Assembly: GCA_043818275.1 (NCBI GenBank)
Contig: JBDRFY010000050.1
Span: forward strand, 1 to 64,000
DNA from: a bacterium
GTDB taxonomy: Bacteria; Babelota; Babeliae; Babelales; JAUWHS01
Direction of reading: 5' to 3'
Length of the DNA: 64,000 bases
Below the pieces are notes generated by a model. That model worked only from the letters and a program-made list of their open reading frames with translations, was not told where the DNA came from and searched no databases. This document shows, one piece after another, positions 49,894 to 59,263 of this stretch (positions are counted from its first letter, which is position 1; every line of letters starts with the position of its first letter). Made by a program: the position numbers and the translations under genes.

Positions 49894-51357
49894 ATGAGCG
49901 CAGTTATTACAGAAGAAAACAACTTAAATCGCGACAAATATCATGAAATACTAAAGGTCTCTCTTCTCTCCGCAATATTTTTTTGCATAATAGGCTCTTA
50001 CTCAATTCTTCGCCCCTTGAAAACATCAATTTTTTTTAGTATTGTTGGCAAAGAATATCAGCCATTAACAAAATTCATATCTATCTTCGCACTTATTCCC
50101 GCGCTATTACTTTATGCCAAATTAATAGATAAACTTAAACGGTATCAGGTTGTTTACCTTTTCTTTTTTTTATATGCAGGTTTATCAGTTTTATTTGCGT
50201 ATCTTCTAACAAATTCAACAATTGGCTTGCCAAACACAAATACTAGCGTAAATAGAATATTCGGTTGGATATTTTATTTATTTGTTGATTTGTTTTCACC
50301 ATTAATAGTTAGTACTTTTTGGGCGTTTGTAAATTCAATTTACATACCAAACAAAGCACAAAAGAATTATGGAATAATTGTTGCGGTATCGAGAGTTGGT
50401 GGAATATTAACAACCGGTTTTAGCTGGTTATTAATAAATCAAACTAGTTTAGCCTCATTTAATACAATACCAATACTAACAGCAATTCCGGCAATTTTAT
50501 TAATAGCAGCCGGATTTCTTTTAAAGGGTATGAAAAAAATTCCGAAAGAACATCTAATTGGATACGAAGAACAACATTCTAAAGAACAAAATCTTTCCAA
50601 AAAAGAAAAAACGGGGATTTTGGAAGGATTACAACTTATGTTTAAACAACCATATGTTTTTGGTATTTTTGGATTAGTTTATTCTTTTGAAATAATATCT
50701 GTAATTTTTGATTATCAGATGCAGGTATTAATATCTATCGCAAATAACAATGAACTCGGAGGTATGACATCATATATGCTTCTTTATACCGGAAGCTTTC
50801 AAGTCTTGGCTCTTATTTTTGCCATTTTTGGAACATCCAGACTTTTAAAATCTATTGGAACAAAAAAAAGCCTTCTTCTTCCTCCAATTGCAACTATAAT
50901 TTTAATTTTAAGTCTTTTATTTCATCCAGGTTTAATAACTATTTTTATTGTGATGGTGGTACTCAGAGCTTTACATTACGGATTTAATACACCTGTTCGT
51001 GAAATTTTATACATACCAACAACAAAAGATATAAAATTTAAATCCAAATCCTGGATAGATTCATTTGGAAGAACTCTATCAAAAACATCCGGTTCCACTT
51101 TCAATTGGTTTGCACAAAGCCCTAATTATCTTTCAATAATTAGATTAGATTCTTTGTTTTGCCTGGGAATTGTTGGTGTTTGGGGTGTTATTTCATTTCT
51201 AGTTGGCAAAAAATATGAAATAACAGTTGATTCTGGTGAAATTATAGGTCAAAGACGGGAATTAAAGCCAGCACAAAAAGCAGAAGAACCTACAATTCAA
51301 AAAAATCAAATCGAAACGGATATAGCAAAACCTTCTTATACAGCCAAAACCAAATAA
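49894..51357 (+). CDS. TLC/NTT family nucleotide transporter, tandem paralog
   Basis: YSILRPLK, FWAFV, REILYIPTTKDIKFKSKSWIDSFGR.LSK. Confidence 0.88.
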   Translation: MSAVITEENNLNRDKYHEILKVSLLSAIFFCIIGSYSILRPLKTSIFFSIVGKEYQPLTKFISIFALIPALLLYAKLIDKLKRYQVVYLFFFLYAGLSVLFAYLLTNSTIGLPNTNTSVNRIFGWIFYLFVDLFSPLIVSTFWAFVNSIYIPNKAQKNYGIIVAVSRVGGILTTGFSWLLINQTSLASFNTIPILTAIPAILLIAAGFLLKGMKKIPKEHLIGYEEQHSKEQNLSKKEKTGILEGLQLMFKQPYVFGIFGLVYSFEIISVIFDYQMQVLISIANNNELGGMTSYMLLYTGSFQVLALIFAIFGTSRLLKSIGTKKSLLLPPIATIILILSLLFHPGLITIFIVMVVLRALHYGFNTPVREILYIPTTKDIKFKSKSWIDSFGRTLSKTSGSTFNWFAQSPNYLSIIRLDSLFCLGIVGVWGVISFLVGKKYEITVDSGEIIGQRRELKPAQKAEEPTIQKNQIETDIAKPSYTAKTK

Positions 51358-51438
51358 AAATAATCGGTTGCGATTTATGTTCTTTTTGATAAAATTACAC
51401 TTTCTCCTTAGTTTTATTGTTTTTTATGTAAATTGAAC

Positions 51439-51532
51439 TTACTTACTATCAAATATGGGTGGTCTAACTTTTTTAGTTTTTTAAACCTAAAAAGTACCTC
51501 AGTAAGTAACAGGTATAACCCGAAAGGTTAAA
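51439..51532 (+). promoter_or_regulatory. Candidate rpsB (S2) autoregulatory leader
   Basis: ttacttact (51439-51447) pairs with agtaagtaa (51501-51509); GGGT (51457-51460) complementary to ACCC in aggtataaccc (51511-51521). Confidence 0.4.
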
Positions 51533-52471
51533 ATGGTTGATTTAAAAGAAATGCTAAAAGCGGGTGTTCACTTTGGTCACAAAACATCCCGCTGGTCTCC
51601 TGCAATGAATCCTTATATTTGGGGTTCGAAAAATAAAATTCATTTAATTGACGTTTCAAAAACAGCTTTTCTGCTTGAACGCACAGGAAAATATCTTCAG
51701 GAACTTGCAAAAAACGGTGGTTCTTTTCTTTGGATCGGAACAAAAAAACCGGCTCAGGAAATAATTAAAAAAACTGCAATAAATCTTAAAATGCCTTTTG
51801 TTGTTCACAGATGGATTGGTGGAACATTAAGTAATTTTGATCAAATTAAAAAAGCAATCACAAAGCTTTTATATTTAAAAGAAGCTGTAAATAAATCAAC
51901 AAGACATTACAAGAAAAAAGAAATAAGCATGATACAAAAAGAAGTAGCCCGACTTGAAAAAAATATTGGTGGAATTCTAGATCTTACATATCCACCAGCA
52001 GCAGTAATTGTTGTTGACGCAAAAAAAGAACATTCCGCGATAAGAGAAGCAACCAGTTTAAAAATTCCAACTGTTGCTTTAGTTGACACAAATACAGATC
52101 CAGATGGCATCAATTTTGTAATTCCTGCCAATGACGATTCTCCAAGATCAATTAATTTTGTTATTGAATATCTTGCAGCTCAGATTGCTGAAGGCAAAAA
52201 AGAATACGATTCAAAAAAGAAAGAAGCTAAAGCAATAACTCAAAAAACAAAAACTGAATCAAACAGTCAAAAACAAGTAGATAAAGAATCTGACGATAAA
52301 GTTTCTGCTAAAAAAGTAATTAGTAAATCAACAACAGTTAAAGAAATTAAAGCTAAAAAACCCGAACCAAAAGTAACAGCAAAACCAACACATGAAGAAA
52401 AAAAAGATAGCGTTAAAAATACAAAAGAAGTCACAAAAACTGAAGACAAAAAAGTTTCTACCAAAAAATAA
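51533..52471 (+). CDS. rpsB: 30S ribosomal protein S2 with Lys/Glu/Thr-rich C-terminal extension
   Basis: AGVHFGH, RWIGGTLSNF, VDTNTDP, IPANDD. Confidence 0.97.
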   Translation: MVDLKEMLKAGVHFGHKTSRWSPAMNPYIWGSKNKIHLIDVSKTAFLLERTGKYLQELAKNGGSFLWIGTKKPAQEIIKKTAINLKMPFVVHRWIGGTLSNFDQIKKAITKLLYLKEAVNKSTRHYKKKEISMIQKEVARLEKNIGGILDLTYPPAAVIVVDAKKEHSAIREATSLKIPTVALVDTNTDPDGINFVIPANDDSPRSINFVIEYLAAQIAEGKKEYDSKKKEAKAITQKTKTESNSQKQVDKESDDKVSAKKVISKSTTVKEIKAKKPEPKVTAKPTHEEKKDSVKNTKEVTKTEDKKVSTKK

Positions 52472-52527
52472 TTTGGGGCGCGCCCTTCGAAGCAAACCTT
52501 TCGTTTAAACTTCGCAGTGCGAAGTAG

Positions 52528-52619
52528 GGAGAGATGGCTGAGTGGTCGAAAGCGCACGATTGGAAATCGTGTATGTCACGAAAGTGGCATCGAGGGTTCG
52601 AATCCCTCTCTCTCCGCCA
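52528..52619 (+). tRNA. tRNA-Ser (GGA)
   Basis: GGAGAGA/TCTCTCC acceptor, anticodon arm cacga-TTGGAAA-tcgtg, long variable arm, GTTCGAATC, G73 and encoded CCA. Confidence 0.95.
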
Positions 52620-52749
52620 GTCTTCGCTCTGACGAGCTTCGCCTGGCGCGGCCAGTTTTTTAAATGAATTGATATTATTAGAAAAAGTTAGCGAAGACTG
52701 TCCGGCGAAGTAAAACTAACATTTTAAATTTCGTAGTACGAAGACGGAC
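52617..52749 (+). repeat. tRNA-3'-attached structured element (CTTCGC/GCGAAG family), copy 2
   Basis: ccagtcttcgctctgacgagcttcgcctggcgcggcca...gcgaagactgtccg...cgaagacggac. Confidence 0.7.
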
Positions 52750-52774
52750 GGCTTGAAATAATTGTTTTAAAGTT

Positions 52775-52848
52775 GGGGTAAGTTGATAAATAGCAAAATC
52801 TGTCAGGTCCGGAAGGAAGCAGCAGGTGTTACCTTGTCGCTGTACCCC
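52775..52848 (+). ncRNA. ffs: Signal recognition particle RNA (small 4.5S type)
   Basis: Helix 8 motif TCAGGTCCGGAAGGAAGCAGC; closing stem ggggta/tacccc; T-tract; located between tRNA-Ser and dnaX. Confidence 0.92.
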
Positions 52849-52852
52849 TTTT

Positions 52853-53320
52853 TTAATCCAGAGCATCTTCATAATCTTGTAAAATTTTTTCAATATCTTT
52901 TAAATTAAATTCTTGCGCATAATCAATTAAATTTTTTCCATCAGATACAAAACGCGCGCATATAATCATTGAAACTTTTTCACAAGAATCTAATAACTTT
53001 ACCAGGGTTTGATTAATTCCCAATGCTGCGCAAACTTCAATTTTTTTAATTTTATCATCATCTTTATAACCACGTAACTTAAATAAAAATTCTGCAAAAC
53101 CATCCCAATTAACAAACAATAAATATTTTGGTTCTTCTTGTCTTAAAATTTGAGATAACTCAAAAAGATCTCTCACTGTTTTGCAAGCTTCTAATCTTTC
53201 ATTAACAACATATAAAAATTCCTTTGACATTTTTTTATTTTCTTCTTTTCCTGCAAAAGTAAAATCATTTGAAAAATTTAATAAAAAAATTATCGTTAAA
53301 AAAATATTAGTAAATTTCAC
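52853..53320 (-). CDS. Small secreted protein with ankyrin-like C-terminus
   Basis: GTG start after GGGGG; signal peptide; CAALG...LVKLL...DGKNLIDYA...DIEKIL. Confidence 0.55.
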   Translation of the reverse strand: MKFTNIFLTIIFLLNFSNDFTFAGKEENKKMSKEFLYVVNERLEACKTVRDLFELSQILRQEEPKYLLFVNWDGFAEFLFKLRGYKDDDKIKKIEVCAALGINQTLVKLLDSCEKVSMIICARFVSDGKNLIDYAQEFNLKDIEKILQDYEDALD

Positions 53321-53419
53321 AGTTCCCCCTTTTTAAAAAATAAGCAACCTTTATATTTATTGTTAAAATGATATCCTATAAAACTAAATTGAATTTTAAA
53401 CTTATAAAAAAATTAAAAG

Positions 53420-54031
53420 ATGAACACAAACAATTCAAATTTAAATCTTGCGCGAAAATGGCGGCCAAAAACATTCAATGAAATTGTTGGCCAAAATATT
53501 CCTATAAAAACATTACTAAATGGTCTTTACTTAAAAAAGTTTTTTCCTGTGTACCTTTTTGCCGGACAGAGGGGATGTGGAAAAACTTCATCTGCAAGAA
53601 TATTTGCTGCGGCTATCAATTGTCAAAACTTAAAAAAATTTCAGGAAGATCCAAAAGAAAAAATCCCGTGCCTGGAATGCGAATCTTGCCAACCAATGCT
53701 GAAAAATAACCATCCCGATTTTATTGAAATTGATGCGGCTTCACATACCGGAGTTGATAATGTCAGACAAATTTTGGAAAACAGTTCTTATATGCCGCTT
53801 GCCGGAAATAAAAAAATATACCTAATTGATGAAGCACATATGTTAAGCAAAGCAGCTTTTAATGCTTTTCTAAAAGTTCTGGAAGAACCACCAAGTACAG
53901 TGTTATTTATTTTGGCAACAACAGAGATTCATAAAATTCCAGAAACTGTTCTTTCAAGATGCTTTCAGGTTATATTTCGCCCAATAAATTCTGACGACTT
54001 AAAAAAACATTTAATTAATTTAAGTAAGTAG
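53420..54031 (+). CDS. dnaX: DNA polymerase III gamma/tau, N-terminal part (frameshift near 54027)
   Basis: LARKWRP, GQRGCGKTS, EIDAAS, IDEAHML, EEPP, SRC. Confidence 0.9.
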   Translation: MNTNNSNLNLARKWRPKTFNEIVGQNIPIKTLLNGLYLKKFFPVYLFAGQRGCGKTSSARIFAAAINCQNLKKFQEDPKEKIPCLECESCQPMLKNNHPDFIEIDAASHTGVDNVRQILENSSYMPLAGNKKIYLIDEAHMLSKAAFNAFLKVLEEPPSTVLFILATTEIHKIPETVLSRCFQVIFRPINSDDLKKHLINLSK

Positions 54032-55128
54032 AAGAAATTTTAATTGATGAACCGGCTATAAATATAATTATCGAAGAGACAGAAGGTTCTGCTCGAGATG
54101 CAATAAATTTACTTGAAAGAGTTCGATTTTCTTCACAAGAAATAACTGAAGAAACAATTTTAAGTGTTTTGGGTAAAATTAGTGAAAAGGTTCTTCTGGA
54201 TATTTTTGAAAGCTTAATTGATCAAAATGTTCCTCAACTTTTAAAACAACTTGTCAATATCAACTTTCAAAGTCTGAATCCACAAATTTTTTGGAATTCA
54301 TTAATTCAAACGTGCAGAAATCTGATGTGGGTAAAATACGAAACTGATATAAAAAATAGAAACTTTGAAAAATTAAAAAAAGCAACTGAAAAATGTAGCA
54401 TCAACAGAATACATGCAATATTTCAGTTGCTTTGGAATCAGGAACCAATTTTTTTACAAACATCGCAAAAACATATTTTTCTTGAATCAGTTTTAATCCA
54501 AATTTGTGAGCAAACAAAAATTGAAGATTTAACCGAGTTAATTGAAAACTGCAAAAACCAAAATATTAATTCTGATACCCCACCAATTCAACATTCACCA
54601 AAATATATTCAAAAAAATCCAGTCAACACACAACAAGAACAAGGAACAAACTCTTTTGCGTCAACAACAAATAATTCAGACAATCATCTATGGAATCAAT
54701 TTTTAGAAAAAATAAACAATTTATCTGATCACATGATTTCTTCAATTCTAAAACAAGCCACATTTATTAAAGAAAACAAAGAAAATAAGGTTATTTCTAT
54801 AGGCTTGCATAATGACAACCAGTTTTTAAGAGACCAAATAGAAGAAAGTAAGCCTTCATGGATAACATTTCTACAAGAAACATTTCCCGAAATAAATGGC
54901 TTTGAATTTGAAAAAGTGGAAAAAAAAGAAACTTCAGCTCCAGCACCACAATCAAATATAAAACAAACACAGAACGACCCTCAAAACACTAGAAACTATC
55001 CATCTCAAAGCTATAATCCGCAAAACCATACTCCACAAACCATCATTGATATATCCGATAAAGAAAAGTGGCCAAAGGCTAACTTGATAATCCAACACTT
55101 TCCCGGTAAAATAAAGCTATCAAAATAG
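54028..55128 (+). CDS. dnaX: DNA polymerase III gamma/tau, C-terminal part in the -1 frame (ORF track starts it at 54169)
   Basis: Frame open from 54028: VEEILIDEPAINIIIEETEGSARDAINLLE contains the DnaX sensor-2 GSxRDA motif. Confidence 0.85.
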   Translation, partial: VEEILIDEPAINIIIEETEGSARDAINLLERVRFSSQEITEETILSVLGKISEKVLLDIFESLIDQNVPQLLKQLVNINFQSLNPQIFWNSLIQTCRNLMWVKYETDIKNRNFEKLKKATEKCSINRIHAIFQLLWNQEPIFLQTSQKHIFLESVLIQICEQTKIEDLTELIENCKNQNINSDTPPIQHSPKYIQKNPVNTQQEQGTNSFASTTNNSDNHLWNQFLEKINNLSDHMISSILKQATFIKENKENKVISIGLHNDNQFLRDQIEESKPSWITFLQETFPEINGFEFEKVEKKETSAPAPQSNIKQTQNDPQNTRNYPSQSYNPQNHTPQTIIDISDKEKWPKANLIIQHFPGKIKLSK

Positions 55129-55181
55129 CTGCTTATTGGGGATCATTATAATCCAAGTACATTTCATCAAAATTTTTTAAA

Positions 55182-56519
55182 GTGAAAAAAATGAAAAAAA
55201 TAAAAAAATATCCAAAGGTTTTACTCGTTGGTCGGACCAATGTTGGTAAATCAACACTTTTTAATCGTTTGACAGAAAAAACAAAAAGTATTGTTTTAGA
55301 CACTGAAGGTGTGACTCGCGATTACATTCATGAAGTTATCGAATGGGATAAAAAATCATTTGATCTGGTTGATACCGGTGGTGTTAGTCTGCAAAAAACA
55401 ACTGATCCTATTTTAAGCAAAATTCAGGAAAAGGTTTTTGATTTATTTAAAAAAGCATCAGTTATCGTTTTTTTATGTGATGTAAAACATGGAGCAACAG
55501 AACAAGATAAAAAAATCGCAAAACTTTTGCACAAAAATAATAGACCTACAATTCTGGCTGTTAATAAAATTGACAATAAAACCGCATATGAAGAAAATTT
55601 TTCAGAATTTTACAGCTTGGGATTTAAAAATATCATTGAAATTTCAGCAACACATGGAATTGGAACTTCAGACCTTCTTGACGAAATAGTTAAAGAAATT
55701 CCTGAGTGTTTAGAAGAGGGAGAAGAAGAAAAACCGGTATACCGCGTAGCAATAATTGGAAAACCAAATGTTGGTAAATCTTGTTTAATGAATCTTTTAA
55801 TGCAACAAGAACGCTCCATTGTTTCTGATATAGCAGGAACTACCAGAGAAGCCATTTCTGAATTAACTTATACAAGTGAAAATTTAATTCGGTTAACAGA
55901 TACACCTGGTATTAGAAGAAAAGGCAGGGTTGAAGAAACAATAGAAACTTTAATGGTAAAAAGTTCGTTGGAAACAATCAGAACATCAGACATTGTAATT
56001 CTTGTAATTGATGCAAGCAGCCTTATATTGTCACACCAGGAATTAAAACTTCTTGATTATTCTTATCAGGAAAAAAAATCAATAATCTTAGTTTTAAATA
56101 AAATGGATCTTCTTAATGAAGACGATAAAAAAATGTTAAAACACAACCTGTCTGAATATGATTTTCTTTTAAAGAAAATTCCCACAATTATGGTTTCATG
56201 CCAAACTAAAAAAAATGTTCATAAAATTTATAAAGAATTAGAAGAATCCTGGGTCAGAAGAATTCAAAAATTTGACAACATACAACTCGATGAAATCATA
56301 AAAGAAAACTTACTGGGAAAACCTCTTTATCACAAAGGAATACAGCTTAAACTTTTCAAAATCAGACAAATTAAAGATGCAAGAGTTCCAACATTTCAAA
56401 TTTTTGTAAACTATCCTGATTGGTTTGAAGAAAGCCAATTAGGGTTTTTAGAAAATATCCTTAGAAGAAATTTTAATCTTAAGGGATGTCCTGTCGTTTT
56501 TGTAAAAAAAGAAGTTTAA
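55182..56519 (+). CDS. der: Ribosome biogenesis GTPase Der (EngA)
   Basis: Two G domains GRTNVGKST/DTGG/NKID and GKPNVGKS/DTPG/NKMD; KH-like C-terminus; exact start uncertain. Confidence 0.95.
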   Translation: MKKMKKIKKYPKVLLVGRTNVGKSTLFNRLTEKTKSIVLDTEGVTRDYIHEVIEWDKKSFDLVDTGGVSLQKTTDPILSKIQEKVFDLFKKASVIVFLCDVKHGATEQDKKIAKLLHKNNRPTILAVNKIDNKTAYEENFSEFYSLGFKNIIEISATHGIGTSDLLDEIVKEIPECLEEGEEEKPVYRVAIIGKPNVGKSCLMNLLMQQERSIVSDIAGTTREAISELTYTSENLIRLTDTPGIRRKGRVEETIETLMVKSSLETIRTSDIVILVIDASSLILSHQELKLLDYSYQEKKSIILVLNKMDLLNEDDKKMLKHNLSEYDFLLKKIPTIMVSCQTKKNVHKIYKELEESWVRRIQKFDNIQLDEIIKENLLGKPLYHKGIQLKLFKIRQIKDARVPTFQIFVNYPDWFEESQLGFLENILRRNFNLKGCPVVFVKKEV

Positions 56520-56521
56520 AC

Positions 56522-57304
56522 ATGGAATTTTTGCGGATTCTAAACTTAAATCAAACACTGTCAAACAAAAAAATATTAAATGATATTTCTTTAAATGCTG
56601 ACTTAGGAAACATCGTAGCTCTTTTAGGACCAAATGGCGCTGGAAAAACAACTTTATTAAGAACAACAATTGGCTTGCTTAAAAGTCCCAAACATGATGA
56701 AGCAAATAAGAAAAATTTAATTTTTCTAGATAATGAAATTATTAATAAATGGCCAATTTACAAACGAATTGACAAGGGATTAGTTTATTTACCTCAGCAT
56801 TGCTCTCTATTTTCCCAAATGACTGTTTTAGATAATTTAAAATTAATTTATAAATACCATAATTACTGGAAACCTTTTAAAAAAGAAAAATTCAGAGAAA
56901 ATATGCTTTTTTGGCTTGAAAAAACACAAATGGAGCACTCTTTAAAACAACTGGCCGGGAATCTTTCTGGTGGGCAAAAAAGAAAATTGGAAGTTATACG
57001 ATCAATTTTAATGCATCCGAAAATGATTTTACTTGACGAACCATTTGCCGGAGTTGATCCAAAATCAATTTATGAATTAAAAAAAATCTTTCAAAATATG
57101 GCTCAAGATAAAATCGCTGTTTTAATTTCTGATCATAACGTTGATCAACTTTTATCAATCGCTGATAAAATTTATGTAATAATTAATGGCGAAGTAATAA
57201 CATCAGGAGACATTAAAGAAATAATGGAAAACGATTACACCAAAGAAATGTATTTCGGTAGACAATTTTATTCAGAAATGAGTCAACGTTTTTTAAAACA
57301 ATAA
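56522..57304 (+). CDS. lptB: LptB-like ABC ATPase (LPS export)
   Basis: ATG at 56522; LLGPNGAGKTT, YLPQ, LSGGQKRKLE, LLDEPFAGVDP, ISDHNV; upstream of hpf. Confidence 0.75.
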   Translation: MEFLRILNLNQTLSNKKILNDISLNADLGNIVALLGPNGAGKTTLLRTTIGLLKSPKHDEANKKNLIFLDNEIINKWPIYKRIDKGLVYLPQHCSLFSQMTVLDNLKLIYKYHNYWKPFKKEKFRENMLFWLEKTQMEHSLKQLAGNLSGGQKRKLEVIRSILMHPKMILLDEPFAGVDPKSIYELKKIFQNMAQDKIAVLISDHNVDQLLSIADKIYVIINGEVITSGDIKEIMENDYTKEMYFGRQFYSEMSQRFLKQ

Positions 57305-57376
57305 ATTTATCTTGCCATAAAAAAATAAATTTAGTATCGATATAAGAACGGTTTTAAAACTCTTAAAAAAAGGATC

Positions 57377-57748
57377 TTGATGAATAGAAAAATAACATTT
57401 CAAAACATGGACCATTCGATACCAATTGAACAACATGTAAATGCACGATTAGACAAAATTAGTGAATTATTAAAAAACGTAGATAACATAACACCCTATT
57501 TTCAGGAAATTTTTTTAAAAGCAAATAAGCAACATCCACACCATCGGGCAGAATTAAATGTAAAAACCCCTCTATTTGATCTGCATACCCATGATGAAAA
57601 CCCTAAAATGTACGTTGCTATTGATAACGCAATTGACAAAATGATCGGACTAATAAAAAAAGAAAAAGCAAAAATCAGAGATAAAAATAAAAAAGTTGAA
57701 AACGAAAAAGCTGAATTTGCTTCAGATAAATATACGCTGGAAGATTAA
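57377..57748 (+). CDS. hpf: Ribosome hibernation promoting factor (HPF/RaiA)
   Basis: ITFQNMDHS...MYVAIDNAIDKM...IKKEK pattern. Confidence 0.82.
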   Translation: MMNRKITFQNMDHSIPIEQHVNARLDKISELLKNVDNITPYFQEIFLKANKQHPHHRAELNVKTPLFDLHTHDENPKMYVAIDNAIDKMIGLIKKEKAKIRDKNKKVENEKAEFASDKYTLED

Positions 57749-57764
57749 AGATCAAACTAAAACA

Positions 57765-57783
57765 AGCCGGAATTTTTCCGGCT
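57765..57783. terminator. Hairpin between convergent genes
   Basis: agccggaa-ttt-ttccggct. Confidence 0.7.
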
Positions 57784-57786
57784 ATT

Positions 57787-58269
57787 TTATTTGCTTAATT
57801 TAACCGATTCTATCGTGCGCACTGTCCCTTTTAATCCAAATTCATTTAAGGTTAAAAATAAGCCATCTTCATCACCTTTAGTCATAATAATATAAATATG
57901 ATTTTCTTGTAATTGTTTGCATGTAAATCTACCTGCATTTTTTTCATTCAAATAAATATCAAAATAAGATGAATTTTCTGGCAACAGAAATCCATTTGTA
58001 GCTAATTTTATTTCTTCGTCTGCTTTCAATTCATTTTCTTCTTCCACAAAATCCCATCCATTATCTGAAAAATCCAGTTTTTCTTCCTCGCTTGAATCCT
58101 TCTCAAATTTAATCACCGGAATCAAACCTTTTCCAGTTAAATTTCCTAATTCATCTCTAACCTCAATTTCAACTTTTACTTCTTGATTTAACAAGAGATG
58201 AAATATCTGAATACCCCCAAAACAATTGTTTACAAAAAATAATAAACTTATAAAAAATATTTTTTTCAT
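57787..58269 (-). CDS. Secreted hypothetical protein
   Basis: MKKIFF signal peptide; acidic mature region. Confidence 0.55.
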   Translation of the reverse strand: MKKIFFISLLFFVNNCFGGIQIFHLLLNQEVKVEIEVRDELGNLTGKGLIPVIKFEKDSSEEEKLDFSDNGWDFVEEENELKADEEIKLATNGFLLPENSSYFDIYLNEKNAGRFTCKQLQENHIYIIMTKGDEDGLFLTLNEFGLKGTVRTIESVKLSK

Positions 58270-58285
58270 TTTTAGCTTTCTAAAT

Positions 58286-59170
58286 TTATAAAAAATTTAA
58301 AATTAAAGCTTTCAAAAAAAATGGCAAAACAAAAAAGCCGAAACTTAATCCTAAAATTAATTTAATTAATGATTTACCAGAAAAATTCATCAAATAATAA
58401 CTAGAAACAATTAAAAAACAACAAGCAATAAAAAACAATAAAACTTTGTTTAAATAAATATCTTTCAAATAAAAAACAAATCCCAAAAAGCTAAAAAACA
58501 AAATAAAAAGCATAAACTCTTTTATAAAAGCTTTTCTAGCGGCAAAAAGATCAATCCGTTTAAAAATTCTTGCGCCAACCCAAAATAATAAAAAGGCTAA
58601 AAGAATCATTAAAAATAAATTTGGCACCGTTTTGGCAAATGAATAAATTTTAGATCGCATCTTTTTAATATTGTCCTTTAATTCTGTATTTTGATAAAAT
58701 TCTTTTTTTGCCAACAACAAATTAAAAAGCTTATTTTTAAAAGGAAACTTATTTTCAGCAAATCGTTTTAATTTACTATTTTGAATTTTAATTTCCTGAA
58801 TTAACTTATCTGCCAAGCTAATTGATAATGTTTTTGCAAAAATAGTATTTTTATCTTCATCAAAAATTAAAGTCTGAAAAATAAAAATTGTATTGGGATC
58901 CAACTTATCTTCTAAAAAATCAAGTTTAAAATTTAGATTAAAAGAACAATTATAAACTTTTTTGTTATTTCTAAATGACTGGATAAATAAACTTTCCGGC
59001 TCCACCGAAATTTTATGGTTTTTAATTATATTTTCTGTTGCCTCAAGCTCAACCCAAAAAGAAATCTCTTTTTTCTTCTTTATTTCATCAAATGAATTTT
59101 TTAGCTCAACATTTAAAGCGCCTAAATTAAAATTCAGAACCAAAATAAAAAGAATTTTTAAATACTTCAA
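58286..59170 (-). CDS. Hypothetical membrane protein (signal peptide plus about 4 C-terminal TMs)
   Basis: TTG at 59170 after GGGAG gives a signal-peptide-like N-terminus; ORF track start 59251 is the alternative. Confidence 0.55.
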   Translation of the reverse strand: MKYLKILFILVLNFNLGALNVELKNSFDEIKKKKEISFWVELEATENIIKNHKISVEPESLFIQSFRNNKKVYNCSFNLNFKLDFLEDKLDPNTIFIFQTLIFDEDKNTIFAKTLSISLADKLIQEIKIQNSKLKRFAENKFPFKNKLFNLLLAKKEFYQNTELKDNIKKMRSKIYSFAKTVPNLFLMILLAFLLFWVGARIFKRIDLFAARKAFIKEFMLFILFFSFLGFVFYLKDIYLNKVLLFFIACCFLIVSSYYLMNFSGKSLIKLILGLSFGFFVLPFFLKALILNFL

Positions 59171-59263
59171 TTTTTCTCCCCAAAGGTGATAGTCTACAAA
59201 CTCTATCACATTACAACTTAAATTAAATAAAATTAAGCCAAATTTAACCAAAGGAGATTTTTA

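Noticed and set aside
52267..52893. Minus-strand ORFs 52267-52557 and 52678-52893
   Set aside because: They overlap rpsB, tRNA-Ser, the repeat and ffs; no coding signature.
54001..54031. Programmed gamma/tau frameshift of dnaX
   Set aside because: Wrong position (before domain II); the nearby A-run at 54001-54007 is followed by stops in the -1 frame, so it cannot explain the shift.
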